Shown here: positions 34,881 to 38,374 of the stretch, piece by piece
Layout of the letters: each line of letters starts with the position of its first letter
Numbering within the stretch: position 1 is the first letter of the stretch
Source: Candidatus Avoscillospira stercoripullorum
GTDB taxonomy: Bacteria; Bacillota; Clostridia; Oscillospirales; Oscillospiraceae
DNA length: 38,374 nucleotides
NCBI GenBank assembly: GCA_018712905.1
Contig: DVGD01000076.1
Span: 1-38,374, forward strand
Direction: 5' to 3'
The notes under the pieces: model-generated
What the model saw: only the letters and a program-made list of their open reading frames with translations
Database searches by the model: none
What the model was told of the DNA's origin: nothing
Program-made: the position numbers and the translations under genes

Positions 34881-35741
34881 ATGAAAATTGTAATGACTCC
34901 CAATCCCTACCGGGATCGAAATTTCAAGTACGTGGAGCAGGCGGTGGAAATCCTCCAGAAGGCAGGCGCCGAGACCAAGATCTGCCTGCCCTTCGACGTG
35001 GACAAGAATTTTGAGCTGCCCAAAACGGTGCGGTTTTTTGACATTCATCGGGAAATCAAGAATGCGGATCTGCTCATCTGCTTTGGCGGGGACGGCACCA
35101 TTCTCCATGCCTCCAAGATTGCCACCCGTCACCATGTGCCCATTCTCGGCGTCAACATCGGCACCATGGGCTTTATGGCGGAGCTGGAGGCCGGGGAGCT
35201 GGAGCTCCTCTCCCGGCTCCCTGCCAACGACTACCGGGTGGAAAAGCGCATGATGCTCCGCGCCACGGTGCGCAGTGAGGGAAAGGTGCTCTTTGACGAG
35301 CTGGCGCTCAACGACGCCGCTATTACCAAGGGCGCCATTGCCCGGGTGATTCAGCTGTCGGTGGAGTGCGACGGCGTGGAGGCCACGGCCTTCTCCGGCG
35401 ACGGCGTCATTGTCAGCACACCCACCGGCTCCACGGCCTACTCCATGTCTGCCGGCGGCCCCATTGTGGAGCCCTCGGCGCAGAATATCATCATCACCCC
35501 CATCTGCGCCCATGCCATCCATGCCAAGAGCATCGTCACCGCGCCCTGGCGCACCATCACCGTGCGGATGGGAAAGCTGGGGCGGCGCAATGCCTTCCTC
35601 TCAGTGGACGGCGGCCGCGCCTTCCGCCTCAACGTGGGCGACGCGGTGACCATTCGCAAGGCCGAGCAGGAGACGCGGCTGGTGAGGCTGAAGGATACCA
35701 GCTTTTACCAGATCATCAACAATAAATTTTACGTCCCATAA
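34881..35741 (+). CDS. nadK: NAD kinase
   Basis: GGDGTILHA, NDAAI and GDGVIVSTPTGSTAYSMSAGGPIV motifs. The product is 286 aa. Confidence 0.95.
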   Translation: MKIVMTPNPYRDRNFKYVEQAVEILQKAGAETKICLPFDVDKNFELPKTVRFFDIHREIKNADLLICFGGDGTILHASKIATRHHVPILGVNIGTMGFMAELEAGELELLSRLPANDYRVEKRMMLRATVRSEGKVLFDELALNDAAITKGAIARVIQLSVECDGVEATAFSGDGVIVSTPTGSTAYSMSAGGPIVEPSAQNIIITPICAHAIHAKSIVTAPWRTITVRMGKLGRRNAFLSVDGGRAFRLNVGDAVTIRKAEQETRLVRLKDTSFYQIINNKFYVP

Positions 35742-35752
35742 GGAGCTGTGCC

Positions 35753-36205
35753 ATGAAACCCAACAGACAGGCGAAAATTTTGGAATTGATTGAAACCAAG
35801 GACATTGAAACCCAAGAGCAGCTCCTGCAGGAGCTGGAGGCCTGCGGCTTTGCCACCACCCAGGCGACGATCTCCCGCGATATCAAGGAGCTTCGCATCA
35901 TCAAGGAACTGGGGGAGAACGGCAGCTACCGCTACAGCGCCGTGCCCAAGCAGCTCGAGAGCAACGCAACGGCCAAGCTCCACAACATCTTCCGCCAGTG
36001 CGTGGTTTCCTGCGACTATGCCCAGAATATCGTCGTGATGAAGACCATGCCTGGGCTCGCCTCGGCAGCCTGCTCTGCCATGGATTCCATGAATATGGAC
36101 ATGATCGTGGGCACCCTGGCCGGGGATGACACGGCATTTCTCCTCCTGCGGGACACGCCCTCGGCGGCGGCCTTGTGCGCGGACATCAAAAAGCAGATCA
36201 ACTGA
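35753..36205 (+). CDS. argR: Arginine repressor
   Basis: 150-aa ORF with a winged-helix N-terminus (RQAKILELIETKDIETQEQLLQELEACGFATTQATISRDIKEL) and a C-terminal GTLAGDDT motif. Confidence 0.94.
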   Translation: MKPNRQAKILELIETKDIETQEQLLQELEACGFATTQATISRDIKELRIIKELGENGSYRYSAVPKQLESNATAKLHNIFRQCVVSCDYAQNIVVMKTMPGLASAACSAMDSMNMDMIVGTLAGDDTAFLLLRDTPSAAALCADIKKQIN

Positions 36206-36223
36206 TGCGACGGAGGCGGGCGT

Positions 36224-37876
36224 ATGCTTAGCTTACTCCATATCGAGAATATCGCCGTGATCGAGCAGGCGGAAATCAGCTTTGACCGGGGCTTCAACGT
36301 CCTCACCGGCGAGACCGGTGCAGGCAAGTCCATTGTCATCGACGCCATCTCCGCCATTCTCGGCGAGCGAACATACCGGGATGTGATCCGCACCGGCACA
36401 GACCGCGCCTTTGTGAGCGCCGTTTTTACTGACGTGCCGGAGTTACCTTGGTTTGCGGAAAACCGGGTGCCCTACGCGCCGGAGGAGCTGCTCATCCAGC
36501 GGGAAATCTACGGCGATGGAAAGAACGTTTGCCGGGTGAACGGGCGGCCTGTCACCGTGGCGCTTCTCAAAAAGCTGGGGGCGTCCCTCATCAACATCCA
36601 TGGCCAGCACGATTCCCAGCAGCTCTTTGACGAGACAAAGCACCTGGGTTACCTCGACCTCTTCGCCCGCAACCAGGCTGAGCAGGCGGCCTATCAGGAG
36701 GCCTATGGCCGCGTGGAGGCGCTGCGCAGGGAGAAGGAGCGCCTGACCATGGACGATGGAGAAAAGCTCCGCAGGGTGGAGGCGCTTCAATTCCAGCTGG
36801 AGGAGATTCAGCGCGCCCAGCTCCAGCCCGGGGAGGATGAAGCGCTGGAGCAAAGCCGCAAACGGCTCCAGAACGCGGAAAAGCTCTCCGAGCACTTGGC
36901 GCTGGCCGTGGCTGCCCTCTCCGGCGGCGAGGAGGAATCGGGCGCGGTGGATCTTTTGGGGGAGGCGGAGCACGCCATCTCCCGGATCACGCGCTTTGAC
37001 GACGCGCTCCAGCCCTTCTGTGAGCGGTTATCAGCGCTCCAATATGAGGCGCAGGATCTCTCCGGGGAGCTTCGCGACCGGCTGGAGCAGCTGGCCTATT
37101 CCGGGGAAGAGCTCGAGCAGATTGAAAGCCGATTGGATGTGCTCCACCGGCTCAAGCGGAAATATGGCGGCAGCGTGGAGGACATTCTCCAGTATGCCCA
37201 GCGCGCCCAGCAGGAGCTCGACGAGATTACCTTCTCTGAGGAGCGCCTGGCGCAGCTCGAAGCGGATCTTGGCGAGGCGACCGCCCAGGCCGAGGCGGCG
37301 GGGCTTACCCTGCGGAAGACGCGCCAGGCGGCTGCTGCGGCCATGGAGCAGCGGCTTTCGAAGGAGCTGGCTGCTCTGGATATGCCCCGGGCGCAGTTTG
37401 TCTGCGAGCTGGAGGAGATTCCGCTCTCTCCCTCCGGCATGGATCAGCTGCGGTTTTTGATGACGGCCAACGTGGGCGAAGCCCTCAAGCCCTTGAGCAA
37501 GGTGGCCTCCGGCGGCGAGCTGGCGCGGATCATGCTGGCTATCAAGAATGTGCTGGCCGAGCAGGATCAGGTGGGCACGCTGATTTTTGACGAGGTGGAC
37601 GCCGGCGTCAGCGGCCGCGCCGCCCAGAAGGTGGCGGAGAAGCTTCGAAGCGTCTCCCGCAGCAAGCAAGTGCTCTGCGTCACGCACCTTCCCCAGATTG
37701 CCGCAGCGGCGGATGTGCACCTGCTCATCGCCAAAACCGAGCGACAGGGGAGAACCTATACCCAGGTGACCCGGCTGGATCGGGCTGGAAGAACCAGAGA
37801 GATTGCCCGGATCATCGGCGGCGCGGAGATCACGGAGACCACCCTGCGCAGCGCCGAGGAGATGCTTTCCGGTTGA
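36224..37876 (+). CDS. recN: DNA repair protein RecN
   Basis: 550-aa ORF with LLHIENIAVIE, Walker A GETGAGKSI, a coiled-coil middle region, the SMC signature ASGGELARIMLAIK and Walker B LIFDEVDAG. Confidence 0.95.
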   Translation: MLSLLHIENIAVIEQAEISFDRGFNVLTGETGAGKSIVIDAISAILGERTYRDVIRTGTDRAFVSAVFTDVPELPWFAENRVPYAPEELLIQREIYGDGKNVCRVNGRPVTVALLKKLGASLINIHGQHDSQQLFDETKHLGYLDLFARNQAEQAAYQEAYGRVEALRREKERLTMDDGEKLRRVEALQFQLEEIQRAQLQPGEDEALEQSRKRLQNAEKLSEHLALAVAALSGGEEESGAVDLLGEAEHAISRITRFDDALQPFCERLSALQYEAQDLSGELRDRLEQLAYSGEELEQIESRLDVLHRLKRKYGGSVEDILQYAQRAQQELDEITFSEERLAQLEADLGEATAQAEAAGLTLRKTRQAAAAAMEQRLSKELAALDMPRAQFVCELEEIPLSPSGMDQLRFLMTANVGEALKPLSKVASGGELARIMLAIKNVLAEQDQVGTLIFDEVDAGVSGRAAQKVAEKLRSVSRSKQVLCVTHLPQIAAAADVHLLIAKTERQGRTYTQVTRLDRAGRTREIARIIGGAEITETTLRSAEEMLSG

Positions 37877-37901
37877 CAAATGCGCCGGGGTCTGGTAAGA
37901 T
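37873..37901 (+). promoter_or_regulatory. Putative sigma-A promoter for the T-box leader
   Basis: TTGACA (37873-37878, overlapping the recN stop), a 17-nt spacer, then TAAGAT (37896-37901). Confidence 0.7.
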
Positions 37902-37907
37902 GATGTC

Positions 37908-38154
37908 GTTACAAGCGAGGAAAAGGAAGAGTACGGCAGATCACGCCCTCAAGAGAGCCTCCGGCTGGTGGAAGGAGGCGGACGTCCTGCCCGAATACGC
38001 CTTGGAGCTGCGGCCTGAAGGAGAGTAGGGCTTGCCGGGTTTGCCCGTTACAGCTTGGAGTTTATACTCCCTGAGGCCGCATCCGCGAGGCTGCGGCGAA
38101 CATGAGGTGGTACCGCGAAATTTCGCCCTCTGTCCAAAGGACAGGGGGCTTTTT
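37908..38154 (+). promoter_or_regulatory. T-box riboswitch leader, specifier codon UAC (tyrosine)
   Basis: Stem I has GCGAGGA...GAAGAGTA, the AGAGAG bay, the distal loop GGCTGGTGGAA, and GGCAG/CTGCC closing a specifier loop GAA-TAC-G (TAC at 37996-37998). Further elements are the F-box CCCGTTA, Stem III GCCGCA/TGCGGC and the T-box sequence AGGTGGTACCGCG (38105-38117). The terminator is GCCCTCTGTCC-aaa-GGACAGGGGGC followed by TTTTT (38125-38154). Confidence 0.9.
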
Positions 38155-38155
38155 G

Positions 38156-38374
38156 ATGCTTTACGGCAGAGAACTGATCGACCAATTCCCGGTGCGCAAA
38201 TCCAAAAAGCAAAAGGCGGCATTCCGGGAAACCGTGCTTTCCTATGGAGCGGCACAGGGCTATGCGGGCAAGGTGGAATCCGGTACCTTCGGCTCCAAAA
38301 ATGTGGTATTCGGCGATCCAGAGCAGGCAGAATACTTGGTGACCGCCCACTATGACACCTGTGCGCGGCTGCCC
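38156..38374 (+). CDS. Partial CDS (5' end only), probable M28-family zinc peptidase-like protein
   Basis: ATG at 38156 is open to the window end (73 codons) and is not in the ORF track because it has no stop. A GGGGG RBS candidate lies inside the 3' arm of the T-box terminator. The sequence NVVFGDPEQAEYLVTAHYDTCARLP resembles the N-terminal region of clostridial M28-like peptidases. The functional call is tentative. Confidence 0.5.
   Translation, partial: MLYGRELIDQFPVRKSKKQKAAFRETVLSYGAAQGYAGKVESGTFGSKNVVFGDPEQAEYLVTAHYDTCARLP

Noticed and set aside
1-38374. CRISPR arrays, transposases/IS elements, integrases, prophage genes and rRNA
   Set aside because: I found no regularly spaced direct repeats, no recombinase or transposase-like ORFs and no rRNA signatures on either strand. 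The window reads as core chromosome.

Overview
This is a GC-rich (about 60%) Firmicutes/Clostridia-type chromosomal segment. Apart from two CDSs and a tRNA-Pro(CGG) at the left edge, it is a single plus-strand array of about 40 tightly packed housekeeping and sporulation-associated genes, often overlapping by 1-14 nt. These include a radical-SAM pair, rplS, lepB, rbgA, rnhB, thrC, tig-clpP-clpX-lon-engB, scpAB, ytfIJ-like, dacB-like, rluB, cmk, plsC, an ispH-S1 fusion, dxs-tlyA-nadK-argR-recN, and a T-box leader before a partial peptidase-like gene. I saw no CRISPR array, transposase, integrase or rRNA. The main anomaly is a roughly 700-nt non-coding gap (30929..31624). It has its own near-consensus promoter, many short GC-rich hairpins and no credible ORF. 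A four-helix membrane protein gene follows it directly, then dxs-tlyA-nadK-argR-recN. That context matches what I remember for the OLE (ornate, large, extremophilic) RNA and its partner OapA, so I call it a large structured ncRNA/RNP locus. The family assignment rests on synteny and visible structure only and needs a covariance-model search. All calls come from reading motifs, start/RBS context and hairpins by eye; no folding or homology search was run.
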